Assembly: GCF_006345805.1 (NCBI RefSeq)
Contig: NC_043011.1
Coordinates: 558,001-622,000 of the forward strand
Source: Octopus sinensis
Lineage: Eukaryota
DNA length: 64,000 nt
Direction of reading: 5' to 3'
Numbering within the stretch: the first letter of the stretch is position 1; every line of letters begins with the position of its first letter. Of the stretch, positions 1 to 13,663 are shown piece by piece. The translations under genes and the position numbers were made by a program. The notes under the pieces are model-generated. The model had not been told where the DNA came from. It did no database searches and saw nothing but the letters and a program-made list of their open reading frames with translations.

Positions 1-89
1 AGAGACGGACAACTTAACGACTGGAAAATGATGTAGTGTAATACTGCGCTTAGCCAGCTTTTGCCGAAGTTGCAGACGTAAAAGGAAAG

Positions 90-580
90 AACTGTTGCCG
101 GTAAATGTTTTTATGTTTTAAAGGAAAACGTGCTTTGTGTTGTTAAATGTGTATTTTTATAAAAAGAAGAAAAGAAAGAGAAAAAGAACCGACTTATTAA
201 CTGTCTTTTTAAAAGAACAGAAAGAGGAAAAAAGAAGAACTTTGTGTTGTTAAATGTGTTTTTTTAAAGAAAAGAAAGAAAAATCTGAGTTGTCGACTGC
301 TTTTAAAAGAAAGGGAAAAAAAGAAAAGAAAGAAGCAAAAGGACTGTGTTGTTAAATGGTTTTGAGAAACGAACTTTGCGATGTTAAACGTTTAAAAAAA
401 ACCCAGAAAACTTTGTGACGTTAAATGTTTGAAAAGAAAAAAAAAATTTGTAACGTTAAATGTTTGAAAAGAAAAAAGAAAAAGAAAAACACCTTTGTGT
501 TAAAAGTTAAATGTGTTTTTAAAGGAACTAAGGAAAGGAAAAAAGAAGAACTTTCCAAAGAACTATTGTTGTTGAATGTT
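90..580. repeat. Degenerate dispersed tandem motif (CTTTGTGTTGTTAAATGT-like) separated by A-rich spacers
   Basis: About 8 imperfect copies near 91, 133, 240, 344, 374, 411, 447, 493 and 565. Confidence 0.6.
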
Positions 581-659
581 TTGTTTAAAAAAAAATTTAC
601 TTTGACTACGCAACGTTTTGTGTGTGTTATTTTTGCTGCTGTTGTTGTTGTTGTTGGCT

Positions 660-849
660 CTACAGGCTACGTTTCGTTGCTTCACCGTCCGGAGTGGGTT
701 TCTGGTTTGCTGAGCGTTGTCGCACGTGAGCTTCTCTTGGCCAGCAAACTGCGGGCTGTTTGTGTGGGGACCCGTGGTGACATTGGTGGCCTGCGTGCTG
801 CGCAACAATATGTATATACTTGATGCAACTCGAAAACCGGGTCACTAAT
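660..849 (-). CDS. Possible terminal exon of an unidentified host gene
   Basis: Non-repetitive GC-richer segment after a TGCAG acceptor-like site (850-851, minus); open frames end at stops at 660 or 682; no recognisable domain. Confidence 0.2.
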
Positions 850-944
850 CTGCATTATTACACGGTGGCAGGCATAATTTATTTGCATATTCAAAACGTT
901 ACCATAAGCAAATGTAAAAGATATATATATATACATAAAGATAT

Positions 945-1619
<675 letters not shown>

Positions 1620-1620
<1 letters not shown>

Positions 1621-2030
1621 ATAGAGTTGAAATTTACAGAAAAACAAAAGACGAAGGCAAGTTTATGAACAACAAGCATGTCTATGTGTTGACGCTCGGG
1701 AGCGTGAGAAAGTCTTTTACGTTTGGAGCCTACGCTCTTCAACAGAAAGTAATAAGAAAAAATAAACTCGGAGAATAAAAAAAAGTTGTGGATTTAGTAG
1801 TCAAGCATGGCGACTGGTTGGAAGAAAAAGAGTTTGACAGGAGCGGTAGAAAAAAGGGGAGATAATGGTGATCCCCAGAAGAAGGTGTATGTGTGTGTGT
1901 GTATGTGAGAATGTGTAAATGTGTGTGTGTGGATAGGGGCTAGTGAAGAAAGAAGGTTAGTCCCTGTTCACGGTGAAGGCGGGAGTCCGGATGGCTCCGT
2001 GCAAAGACGGGGTGCACTCGTTTTTTGAGT
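1620..2030 (-). mobile_element. 3' fragment of a PLE-derived repeat family (also at 12297-12445 and 52178-52316) with an HHR-like motif
   Basis: Shared sequence ...gaaaagtcttttacgtttcgagcctacgctcttc.acagaaag in three places, each adjoining a microsatellite. Confidence 0.55.
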
Positions 2031-2129
2031 TTATTGTATGAATTTAGAAAATGACGCATAGCTCATGAAAGAAAAGCTATATTTGAAAACAAATTGGTAC
2101 AAATAATCTTGAGTATCCTTTTATCATAC

Positions 2130-2460
2130 CTATTCAATGAATTCACTGCTAGCATTAATGGCTACTTCAGTACAGAGCTGGAGATGTTGACATGCTCGAA
2201 TCAGATGATCTTTATCGATCTTAGACATATTGCTGGTTATGGTGGTTTTAAGTGATTGTATAGTGTTATGGGGGTGTTGTGTTGATTGACCTTTCTCTCT
2301 TCTATGTCCCATAAATAATAGTCTAGTCGATTGTGCTGTGATGAGCTAGGACGCCACGTATTTGGGAGAAGATGATCCTGAAGGTTGGCACGTATCTACG
2401 CTTATGAAATGGTGCCGAGTCACGTTGGAAGACGTTCGGTCGTCTGTTGTGTATTCTGCC
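2130..2460 (-). mobile_element. Tc1/mariner-superfamily transposase C-terminal remnant
   Basis: VFQRDSAPFH motif and HNTIQSLKTTI...LIRAC...GxFIE-like C-terminus, broken by frameshifts. Confidence 0.65.
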
Positions 2461-2878
2461 TATCCAGAGACTCACAACCTCCTCTGCTTGGTGGTAAGTA
2501 ATGGCCGACCTGCCAAGCATTGCTACATCATGCCTGAGTGAGACGGGTAATGCGCTCCATCCCTACATAAATATTATGGTAACGTGTATACCTGTAATTG
2601 TGAGTCATGTATATTTGTTTAAAATTATCCCACTATAGTATTTTGCTGCTTGTATTCTCTTAATTATCTCACTATTTCATTTATCAGTATACTACTCAAC
2701 AACATTTTCCCTCACTGATTGTGAGTACGTATACATGTGCTTCTGTTACCGTAGTAGGATGTCTGTTTTGATGTCTAATTAACAATATCAAGCAGCTGGC
2801 TTTTGTTCTGAATTCCGGAAAAATCCGAAATTCAGAACACAACTGTCCACAAGTGTTCCGGATAAGGGACTGTGTACT

Positions 2879-2913
<35 letters not shown>

Positions 2914-2918
<5 letters not shown>

Positions 2919-3850
2919 CCGACATAGCTCTGCTGTCATCACCCGTACGAGTGCCGGTCGAGAAGGGAGTGAAGCAAGAAGATACTATCTCTCCAAAACT
3001 TTTCACCGCATGTCTCGAGCAGATCATCAGAGGCATCGACTGGCAAGGCGGTGTCAACATCAATGGCGAGCTACTCACCCACCTCCGTTTCGCTGATGAC
3101 ACCGTAATCATCACTGAAATCATGGATCAGTTTCAGACCATGCTGACGGAGCTCAACATCAAAAGCTCTGCAGTAGGTCTCAAGATGAACCGCATGAAAA
3201 CGAAGTTCATGCGGTCAGACAACGTACCAACAGGTCGAATGGTGATCGGCAGTGATGAAAAAGAGGAAGTAAAGGAATATGTCTACCTGGGACAGGAAGT
3301 GAATATGTGCCGAGATATCGAAAAGGAGATCTCACGGAGAGTAAGGGCCGGATGGAAGGCGTTTAATGGCATAAAGGATGTGCTCAAGGGAAGGTTGGAC
3401 AGGACCACCCACACCAACCTCATCAATAGCACAGTTTTACCTGCAATGTTATATGGTAGTGAAACATGGGCTACAACAAAGAGAGAAGAACAGAGATTCG
3501 TAACGGCTCAAAGAGCCATGAAGAGGACAATGCTTGGAATCTCGTTGAGAGAGCACATCAGTAGCGAGATCATCAGAAAGAAGTCCGGCGTGAGAGATGT
3601 CATCGTAGAATATACACGCAGCAAGTTTAGATGGGCTGGACACGTCGCCCGGTTCACCGATAATCGGTGAACCCGCGCGAGCGGAAACGATGACTCGGAA
3701 GGCCTCTATGGCGGTGGAGTTACGATTTCAGGAGGGCGCGGCTGGGATCACGTGTATGAGAAAGGCACGATCCCGAGAGGAGTTGACAGCGTGCTGTGAC
3801 CAGCGGTGTCAAATGGACACCCGGCAGACTGGTCAGTCAAGGTGATCAAG

Positions 3851-3855
<5 letters not shown>
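2914..3855 (+). mobile_element. 5'-truncated RTE-clade LINE (RT C-terminal half plus 3' tail) inserted in (TA)n
   Basis: GVKQEDTISPKLF, HLRFADD, YVYLG and RWAGHVAR motifs; short tandem tail tcaaggtga x2; (TA)n on both sides. Confidence 0.92.
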
Positions 3856-3913
<58 letters not shown>

Positions 3914-3993
3914 TGAGGGAATAAAATCCAAACTTACAAGGAAAAAGAATTCAATTTAGAAATACTAAATCAAATTCCAAAATATAATATATA

Positions 3994-4209
3994 TAAAATA
4001 TCAGAAAAAAACCACCTTCATCAATTCAAAATGAATAATTGAATTACACCATTTAGAAAATTACATAAATAGAAAAGTTAAAATTAAAATAACAAGTAAA
4101 AAGTAAAAATTTTAGTAAATTACAAAAATAATATATTTATGTAATTTTCAAGATGGTGTAATTAAATTATACATTTTCAATTGATAAAGGTGTTTTTTTT
4201 CTAATATTT

Positions 4210-4212
<3 letters not shown>
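3994..4212. repeat. Imperfect inverted repeat (~78-bp arms)
   Basis: 3994-4071 is the diverged reverse complement of 4134-4212. Confidence 0.8.
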
Positions 4213-4241
<29 letters not shown>

Positions 4242-4373
4242 TGTATGTATGTATGTATGTATGTATGTATGTATGTATGTATGCATGTATGCATGTATCT
4301 ATATGTATGTATGTATGTATGTATTATGTATGTATCTATATATATGTATGTATGTATGCATTATGTATGTATC

Positions 4374-4405
<32 letters not shown>

Positions 4406-4535
4406 TAAAGTCATAAATGACAGAGAGACAATTTAATCAAATTTTATTTCACAATAAGAAAATTCTGATATTACGACAAATTGTTTCGTAACTTAGAGAA
4501 CACGTAAATAACTTCCATTATTAAATATGATAATA

Positions 4536-4746
4536 CGAGGGGAAGTCAAAAATTATCTGCACTTTCACCATAACATATCTTCATTATTTCCACACTGCCT
4601 TCTGCGCATGCGTTCTTATAGTTGGTACAACTGCGGTCACGTGATCGAAGTTTGAGCCTGATCGCGCAATTTTTTTTCTAGCATTACACTGTAAACATGG
4701 CCGCTCCACAAGCAGTGTGCACCAAAGAACAAAGAGCAGTGATCCA
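4536..4746 (+). mobile_element. Mariner 5' end (TIR plus transposase start), truncated
   Basis: TA|CGAGGGG TIR start; MAAPQAVCTKEQRAVI N-terminus. Confidence 0.7.
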
Positions 4747-4774
4747 AGAGATGGCGATGGTGATGGTGAACCCG

Positions 4775-4814
<40 letters not shown>

Positions 4815-5422
4815 TATTGAAATGGATAAATGAATTATCTTGTTACGGATTATTCAAAAGATAACCGATACCTGGGTAGCAAAAATCACAACAGAAAATT
4901 CACGGTTGAGGTTACGACCATGGGGTCTCAAACCCGTGCCTTAGTGCGGAAATTTGAAGTTTATATATCCTCCCATTGTTGACATTCCATCCCTCTACCA
5001 ACTGGTTACAGACGAACACACAGACACAGTTTTTTTCAGCTGCTTGACCATTAATAGCTGCTATATATATCTCTCTCCCTTGCAGCCTTCTAAACACACT
5101 GCCACACATACATAGGCGCACAAACACATACATGTAGGCAATTTCTCACACCCAAAAACTATAGCACTCATTCTTAAAACAATTCGAATATTAACACCAG
5201 TCATACAGAATACATTCTCACTCTTTGATTTTCCTGTAACCCTCCCCCCTGTTGGCCGGATTTTGACCTTGATTTATCTCAACGGACTTTTTCGTCGGCT
5301 CTCACCCAGCCTGGCGTCAACGCATATTGAGAGACAGTTTTGTGCCATTTATCCCATGGGCTCCTCGCGAGCGTTTGTCGAAAAGTTTGATGTGCATTTT
5401 GTTTGGAGAATTAAGTTCCTGG

Positions 5423-5508
5423 ATTTTCCTGAAGAGAAGGCTGCAAAATGGTCTCCTTATTCAATCCGAATTAGGGACTTTGCAGCCTTTGAAACATATG
5501 TAGAAAAT
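5423..5508 (+). ncRNA. Type I hammerhead ribozyme, canonical core, extended stem II
   Basis: AUUUUC-CUGAAGA-GAAGGCUGCAAA...UUUGCAGCCUUU-GAAA-CAUAUG-UA^GAAAAU; followed by AATAAA, a short tail and (TA)n. Confidence 0.9.
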
Positions 5509-5627
5509 AATAAAAAGGAATTTTGTTAAATCTTCGTTCAGCTCCATTTCTTCCTACACTAAATATATATGTATATATATATATATATGTATATATACAC
5601 ACACATAGAGACATATATATACATATA

Positions 5628-5750
5628 TTCTTTTACTCGTTTACTTGTTTCAGTCATTGGATTGTGGCCATGCTGGAGCACTACCTTTAGTCGAGCAAAT
5701 CGACTCCAGGACTTATTTATTGTAAGTCTAGTACTTATTCTATCAGTCTC
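5628..5750 (-). mobile_element. SINE family A, 3' fragment
   Basis: Matches the 3' part of the full copy at 25201-25618. Confidence 0.85.
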
Positions 5751-6732
5751 TCGAGATTGCTGAATCTTCTTATCTGTGGTGGAGCTTGACAGGCGTCCTG
5801 CTCCGTCTTGGTGCATCACGCTTGTTCGGTCTCTTTTAAACTTCTCGATCTACTTACTCATACACACTTCAACGCGGCGGTGCACTGTCCCCGTATTGTG
5901 CTAAAAGCCTCCGATGGATTTCAGCACCTGACACACATTCCGACCACAGAAATCAGATCACTGCTTTCTGTTCTTCTTTGGCGCACATTGCTAGTGGCGC
6001 GGCCGTGCTTACACTGTAAAGCCAGAAAGAAAACTGGCGAGACCAGGCTCAAACTTCGATCATGTGGCCACAATAGTACTAACTATAAGCACACGTACGC
6101 AGAAGGCAGTGTGACAATAATAAACATATGTTATGATGGAAGTGCGAATAATTTTTGATTTTCCCTCGTAAATAAATTACATAAGCAGAAAAAATACAGA
6201 GCTGATATTGATACGCAGAAAATAATTTTCAATTGTTTTCCAGGTAATGTAGAGAAATAAGGTAGTGTTATATATAATACGACACAACGTTTTACATAAA
6301 CGACTGTGACACACTGTCACATTGGAGCTGCGACATAACCAAATGGAACCAAGTTGCCGAAGTGGGCACAGACACTCGCTTTGCCCTACACTCACCCCAA
6401 AACATATATGTGCAAGTTTGTGTGAATCTCTCTCTCTTTCTCTCACTCACTCACTCACTCACTCACTCACTCACTCACTCACTCACTCACTCACTCACAC
6501 ACTCGCTCATTCACTCACTCACTCACTCATTCACTCACTCACTCACTCACTCGCTCACTCACTCACTCACTCACTCATTCTCTCTCTCTCTGCATATATA
6601 TATGTATTTACATATATATATGTATAAATATATGTATATATGTATATATATATAAGTATATATATAAGTATATATATACATAACATACACACACACACAT
6701 ATATATATATATATTCACTTTTATTCTTTTAC

Positions 6733-6993
6733 TTGTGTCTGTGTTTGTCCCCCCACCCAACATTGCTTGACAACCGATGGTTGTGTGTTTTTCACCCCAC
6801 CCAACATCGCTTGACAACCGATGGTTGTGTGTTTACGTCCCCGTAACCTAGCGCTTCGGCAAAAGAGACCGATAGAATAAGTACTAGACTTACAATGAAT
6901 AAGTCCTGGAGTAGATTTGCTCGACTAAAAGTAGTGCTCCAGCATGGCCACAATCAAATGACTGAAACAAGTAAAAGAGTAAAAGAGTAAAAG
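6733..6993 (+). mobile_element. SINE family A, 3' half with an internal ~43-bp duplication
   Basis: Matches the 25201-25618 copy; (AAAAGAGT)n tail. Confidence 0.88.
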
Positions 6994-6995
6994 AA

Positions 6996-7041
<46 letters not shown>

Positions 7042-7048
7042 CACACAC

Positions 7049-7091
<43 letters not shown>

Positions 7092-7095
<4 letters not shown>

Positions 7096-9054
7096 GAGAC
7101 AATCTCCAAATTCCCTCTCAACACACAAAAATGCAAACAAAACCTCCGCAGAGGAGAAAAACAAGCCTTACAAAAACTAAAAAATGACAAGTCGATTATT
7201 ATAAAAGAAGCTGACTAAGGTGGAGCAATAGTAATTATGGATACAGACTACTACAAAGAAAAGATACTGGAGTTGCTTAACAACCAGACATACTATAAAG
7301 AGGAAACAACACCACCGGAGAAAGCAACAATAAAAAAAATTAGAACATTAGACAATGAATACCAGGACTCCTTTACAGACAAGGAGACTATGTATGCAAC
7401 TCAAGAACCAAAGATAGCAACTTTTATGGATTACCTAAAATTCATAAAAGCTCTGAAATACAGAGAGCCATTAAGGAACAGAGGAACCACTATATAAGAA
7501 TACAAAGGCCCGCAGGCCTCACAATGAGATCAATAGTGGCAGGGCCCCAGGCGCCAACACAACAACTAAGTCACTTCATAGATATACTCCTCATTCCAAA
7601 TACAGTTCCGAAAACACCATACTTGCAAGCTTCGATGTCACAAACTTATACACGTACATACCACACACCCTAGGTCTGGAAGCGATAAAACAATCGGTAG
7701 AAAAATACAGGGAACTCATAGATAAGCGTTTCAAAACAGACTTTATCACCCAAGCCACCCAATTAATACTTGAAGAAAACACATTCTCATTCAACAACAA
7801 GACATACCGACAGATAAAGGGCACGGCTATGGGTACAAAATTCGCACCTTCATATGCCAACGGGGTGATGGTTTTCCTTGAGAACAAACTATACGAAGAA
7901 ATAGGGAAAGTCTTCGAACACGATTTCAGAGAAGACATCAAGAAAAAGTGGAAACGCTACCTCGATGACTGCTTCATCTTTTGGAACAAATCAGAAGATC
8001 TACGAACATTCCACAACATCCTCAACACTGCATCCATCTATCAACTTCACAATAGATACCAGCTACAACGAACTTATCTTTCTAAACATCAACATCAAGG
8101 TAAACAACTCCATCGTCACAACAGACATCCACTACAAAAAACTGACACACACCAATATTTAAATTTCTACTCCTGCCACCCATCCCACATAAAAAGAAAC
8201 ATCCCATATAGTATGGCAAGACGCATATACAGCATAGTAACCGACTCACAAACACGCCAAATAAGACTAGATGAACATAAAAACTTACTACTAGAACAAA
8301 ATACCTCCTCAAACTAATAAAAAATGGAATCTCAAGAGCAATAAAACTGGATATTACACAACTCAGAACCCCCAAAGCGAAAAACAAAGAAAACATTATC
8401 CCTTTCATAAACACACACAACCCTGGAGTTACCAACATGTTTCAAATCATACATTCAAACCTACCAATAGTCCTACAAAGCCCCCAAATAGGAAACATAT
8501 TAAACAAATATTGCATAAAAAACAGTAGATGACAAGACAAAAACCTGAAGAAACAACAAGAGCGAAATTCTCATCAGAAACTAAAACTGAATTCTTTGTA
8601 AAAGAGTGCGGAGATGGTAGATGTGGGATCTGTAGTAACCCCACCTACAAATATATAAAGAGAGACAAACAAATGAAATTTAAAAGTGGTCACATATTCA
8701 AAGTAAATGCAGATATGAACTGCAAGACGCAGAACGTAATATACTGCATAACCTGCCCCACGTGCAAGGAGAATTATATAGGTGAACCTGGAAATTCACC
8801 GACAACAGAATTCACCGACAACATGTCCGACAGGAGGAACTGCGCAAGATACCACTCAGTAAACACCTAGATACCTGTGGAGAAGGAAAATTTAAGATCT
8901 TTCCCTTCTACAAATGTCCAAAGAATGACACCTCCTTTAGGAGGTATATGGAAAAATACTTCATAACTAAGTTCTCCCCCAAATTGAATAGCTGAAAATA
9001 TTTCTATAAGTTGTACTAGATGAAGGACCACATTTGTAAAGTAGATTGTATTAA

Positions 9055-9112
<58 letters not shown>

Positions 9113-10471
9113 ACACGCACACGTACTATACATATGTACATATACATAAATAAAAACAATCTTTAATCCAGATTCTCCATCCCATGTCAGCACAGGAATC
9201 AAACATTGGCTTGGAAGAACTGAACAATGGTATAAATATCAACAGAATTATTTCTTCTTCCCCTCTTTCTTCTTTCTTCCCTTCTCCAGCGACACCCCTT
9301 CCAGATTCACAGGCACCCCCATACACGTACGCACACACTCTCACAAAACAATAATAAAAAGAAATCCAGTCAATTTTTTGAGAAGTGACATTTTACCCCC
9401 TTGGAGTGGCCAATTTCTAAAAGCCAAAAATCATTTACAGTTGCAAAAATATAAACACATATTTTTTTCTCCTTTCTCTCCTCCTCCTTCCTTTCATTTC
9501 CCTTTCCCATTTAGCACACCTTTCAGATACGCAGATACCCCCCCCACACACACGCACATACACACACACTCTCTCACAAGACAATGATAAAAAGGAAATC
9601 CAGACAATCTTTTGAAAAGTAGCATTTTGGCTCCCCCCCAGCTGGTTTTACCATTGCTAAAAGCCAAGGATTGATTGTTATTGACAACTTGACCAGTTTC
9701 AAAAACATCAACAAAAATTTTTTCTCCTTTCTCTCCCTTTTCCTCCTTAACACTTCCTTCAGATACAAAAACACACATACACTCACAAGACAATGATAAA
9801 AAGGAAACACAAACAATTTATTGAAAAGTGACAGTTTGCCCCCCCTTGGAGTAAACAGCTGGATTTACCATTACTAAAAGCCAAGAATTATTATTAACAA
9901 ACCGACCAACTGCAAAGATGTCAACAAATGTTCTCTCCTTCTTCCTTTCCTTCTTTTTCTTTAACACTCCTTCCAGATACAAACACACACAAGACAATGA
10001 TATAAAGGAAATCCAGACAATTTTTGAAAAGTGATATTTTGCCCCCCCCCCATCCTGGAGTAAACAGTCGATTATTATTGACAACCTGACCAGCTGCAAA
10101 GAGATCAACAAAAAATGTTTTTCTTCTTTCTCTCCCTTTCCTTCTTTTTCTTTAACACTCTTTTCAGATACAAAACACACACACATGCTCTCTCTCACTT
10201 TCTCCCCATTCATCATCCTCTTGTACTATTATATATCTCTGCCCACCACTACACACTCAATAACACTATAAAAAGAGTCAAAATTCCTGTATGAACTTAG
10301 TTCAGTTTGAAGACTCCACTAGAATGGACGAAAGCGCTAATATATGATATATGATATATGATGTATAAAAACATGTAACATACAAATAAATATCTGTAAA
10401 TATAAAACCATCCGAATTTCTGAGCACCTCATTTCTTCTAATATAAAATACCTGCACATCATCTCCAAACC

Positions 10472-10475
<4 letters not shown>
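7092..10475 (+). mobile_element. Decayed Neptune-type Penelope-like element (RT + GIY-YIG pseudogene, long 3' UTR), flanked by (TA)n
   Basis: IIIKEAD*GG, SFDVTNLY, GTAMGTKFAPSYAN, RYLDDCF, CGDGRCGIC and VIYCITC...YIGE motifs across several frames; HHR-like UUGAAGA..UCCA/UGGA..GAAAGCGCUA at 10307-10339. Confidence 0.92.
9340..10200 (+). repeat. About 4 diverged tandem units of ~200-230 bp in the PLE 3' UTR
   Basis: caagacaatgataaaaaggaaatccagacaat..ttgaaaagt recurs near 9345, 9577, 9786 and 9990. Confidence 0.8.
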
Positions 10476-10569
<94 letters not shown>

Positions 10570-11315
10570 AAGTTATAAATGACAGAAATATTTTGATTGA
10601 ATTTTATTTAACAATAATAAAATTCTAAAAACATGTAAATAACTTATACTATTATATTTAACAATACATAAATTACATGCCTGCATTAATACAAACGGAA
10701 AAAATCTTTCAAAATAAGGCAGAATTGAAGCGAGATCCTCAAATGGAAGAAAGTCTTTGTTAAATTCTAAATTCTCGACGTAACGTTATAGGAACGCAAA
10801 GTCAAAATTTTAAAAGATTATGGAAGACAATAATAATAAAATTGATATAAATTAATAAGAGGATATTCTAATAAATGGAAGAGAATTTTAGTAATATAAT
10901 TAAAAAGTAACTACTACATATTATTAGAACAATAAAAAATCCTAAAAATCTGGAAAAAGGTAGTAAACAGAGAGAAAAATATAATAATAATGATATTAGT
11001 AATAATGATAATAATAATAATGATAATAATAATAATATTGATAATAACAACAACAACAAACTAAAACTAAATAAAAGTAGAGACAATATTTATGAAATAC
11101 AGGGATTGACATCAGCAAGAAAATGTGAACAATGTTAAATTTTTAAAAGATTAGAAATTTGAAGATATAAGTAAATATAAAAAAAAAATTATATAAAGCG
11201 TGAACGACAACGAAAACAAAACATAAATCAATGAACCATTCTTCCAAGATGAGAAGGGAAATCCATCAAGATTTCAAGAAATAATGATTACTATGTATAT
11301 ATATACGTATATATA

Positions 11316-11667
11316 CTCTTTTACTTGTTTCAGTCATTTGACTGCGGCCATGCTGGAGCACCGCCTTTTAGTCGAGTAAATCGACCCCCAGGACTTATTC
11401 TTTGTAAGCCTAGTACGTAAACACACCACCGTCGGTTGTCAAGCAATGGTGGGGAGACAAACACAAACACACAAATATATACACACATACATATATATAC
11501 ATATATACGACGGGCTTCTTCCAGTTTCCGTCTACCAAATCCACTCACAAGGCTTTGGTTGGCCCGAGGCTATAGTAGAAGATATTTGCCAAAGGTGCCA
11601 CGCAGTGGGAATGAACCCGGAACCATGTGGTTGGTAAGCAAGCTACTTACCACACAGCCACTCCTGC
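11316..11667 (-). mobile_element. SINE family A (tRNA-derived), internal deletion
   Basis: Reverse complement of 25201-25618, including the A/B-box head. Confidence 0.9.
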
Positions 11668-11769
11668 TATATATATATATATATATAGCAGCAACGGTAG
11701 CAACTACAGCAACAGCACCTGCTGTAACAACAACAATGGCATCAGGTCCAGAATTAAGGAAAGATGCAC

Positions 11770-12270
11770 TAGCGGCTGTAGCACATTCATTGAACAGTAC
11801 CCTATACATGATTAAATGGAAGCTCCTTGAACTAGTTGAGATATATATAAACGGAAGCAAACGATGTAAGCTTTACTTGGCAGAAAGAGCAAGATTCCTG
11901 CAAAACTCGATTGACCCGGGGTCCAAGAAAAAAAGCATTTAGTCAATGTCTTCATCTGAAGCAATTCCTGTCACAAGCTTGGAATTTCCCATTCGCCGAA
12001 CAGAATCACTTGAGCAACTTGGATAATCGCTACGTTTGGAGCCGATGTAAGGGAGAATATCTCGTTCCGCCTGAAACACCACCTGTACAGCCATTCCGGA
12101 TGTATATTTTTTGTTTACAAAACAGACTAACCATGACGTTTTCCTCCAACTTTTGGAGAGGTTATGTTCCTACGGCCATTTGAACCCGACGAGCCACCAA
12201 TACGGCTAAGCGCTTTATAGGTGCGAAGCCAATGGTCACTCTCTGACCGGCCATAACAATCAACTTCCTA
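11770..12270 (+). mobile_element. 3' fragment of a second PLE lineage (GIY-YIG C-terminus plus HHR-like tail)
   Basis: IKWKLL..YINGSKRCKLYLAER...SQCLH, matching the CxLCLxEK...SxCxH-type C-terminus; degenerate HHR near 12040-12091; ends in (TA)n. Confidence 0.6.
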
Positions 12271-12431
12271 AATATATATATATATATATATATACAGGGA
12301 GAGTTTACGTAAAAAAACAAAAGACGAAGACAGGTGATGTACAAAACAAACAGATGTATTAGTATAACGCTCAGGAATAGAAAAAGTCTTTTACGTTTCG
12401 AGTCTACGCTCTTCTACAGAAAGGGACACAG

Positions 12432-12657
12432 AAAAAACAAGGAGAGAAACAAGGAGAGAAAAAAGGAGAGAAAAAAGGAGAGAAAAAAGGAGAGAAAAAA
12501 AGGAGAGAAAAAAGAGAGAAAAAAGGAGAGAAAAAAGGAGAGAAAAAAGGAGAGAAAAAAGGAGAGAAAAAAAGGAGAGAAAAAAGAGAGAAAAAAGGAG
12601 AGAAAAAAGGAGAGAAAAAAGGAGAGAAAAAAGGAGAGAAACAAGGAGAGAAAAAAA
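12432..12657. repeat. 12-bp minisatellite (AAAAAAGGAGAG)n
   Basis: Directly visible. Confidence 0.95.
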
Positions 12658-12902
12658 TGTGAGTAGTGGCTAACGATCGAGAGGAAGAAAGAATTAGTTT
12701 TAAATCTCTGAGTGAGAAAAATGTAGTAACAGTACTACAGAGTAATGTCTATTTACCAAAGTGGCTGTCTTGATTAGGATGATGTCACTACCTGGTTTTA
12801 GTCTCAGGAGAACATCTGTTCCACCTGGCTATCGACGCACAGCTGTGTCTTTATACTTTGAACAAGGGAGCTAATGTCTCCACTCAACCTTAAACGGTAC
12901 CG

Positions 12903-12942
12903 GCGGACCAGTGGTTTCTGGGTTATTTCTCTTCATCGGCAC
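12903..12942 (-). ncRNA. HHR-like motif (U4C variant, weak stem II)
   Basis: GUG-CCGAUGA-AGAGAAAUAACCCA-GAAA-CCACUGG-UC^CGC. Confidence 0.6.
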
Positions 12943-13014
12943 AAGATAACCGTTGGCTAGAGATGGCTAGAGAATATATTAAGAAAGGGTCAGTCAGAAT
13001 TTTGGATAATTCTT

Positions 13015-13053
13015 TATTAGCGCTTTCGTCCGTTCAATCGAACTCTTCTGATA
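13015..13053 (-). ncRNA. HHR-like motif (U4A variant)
   Basis: UAU-CAGAAGA-GUUCG(AUUGAA)CGGAC-GAAA-GCGC-UA^AUA. Confidence 0.6.
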
Positions 13054-13615
13054 TAGAGCGCAGAAAATTTCTCCCGCCTTATATATGAATCGAAAAGAGG
13101 ATTTTTGTTTTGTTTGGAAGAGGACGAAGAGAAAAGAGGAAAGAAGGGAGAAAGGGAGAGAATAGGGAGAGGGAAAGAGAAAGACAGAGAGGCAGGAAAG
13201 TAAAAGAAATCATGTATCTTGGGATGGTCTTTGAGTAGCACGTGGCTGGTGTTAAATGACCTTTCAAGATGTGAATTTTGTTTTTTGGAGAAAGTAGAAA
13301 GAGAGAAAGACAGGAAGAAGGACAAGAAAGTGAGAGAAAGAGAAAAAAGAAAAGGGGAAGAGAGACAGAGGAGTAAGTTTATTTTCAATTATATTGTATC
13401 GATGTGGTCAACCCGTTGAAATTTAATTACAATTCAAGATGTCATTCTTGATTCAGCCATTGTTTTCAAAAGCATCGCTTTCTCTCTCTCGCTCTCTCTC
13501 TCTCTCTCTCCTCTCTTTTTCTCCTCTTCTCTTATATACATATTAACATGTTTGCAAATAAACATGTCTGTACACTCCATCAAGCACTTTATACATACAT
13601 ACATACATACATACA

Positions 13616-13649
<34 letters not shown>

Positions 13650-13663
13650 CATACATACATACA

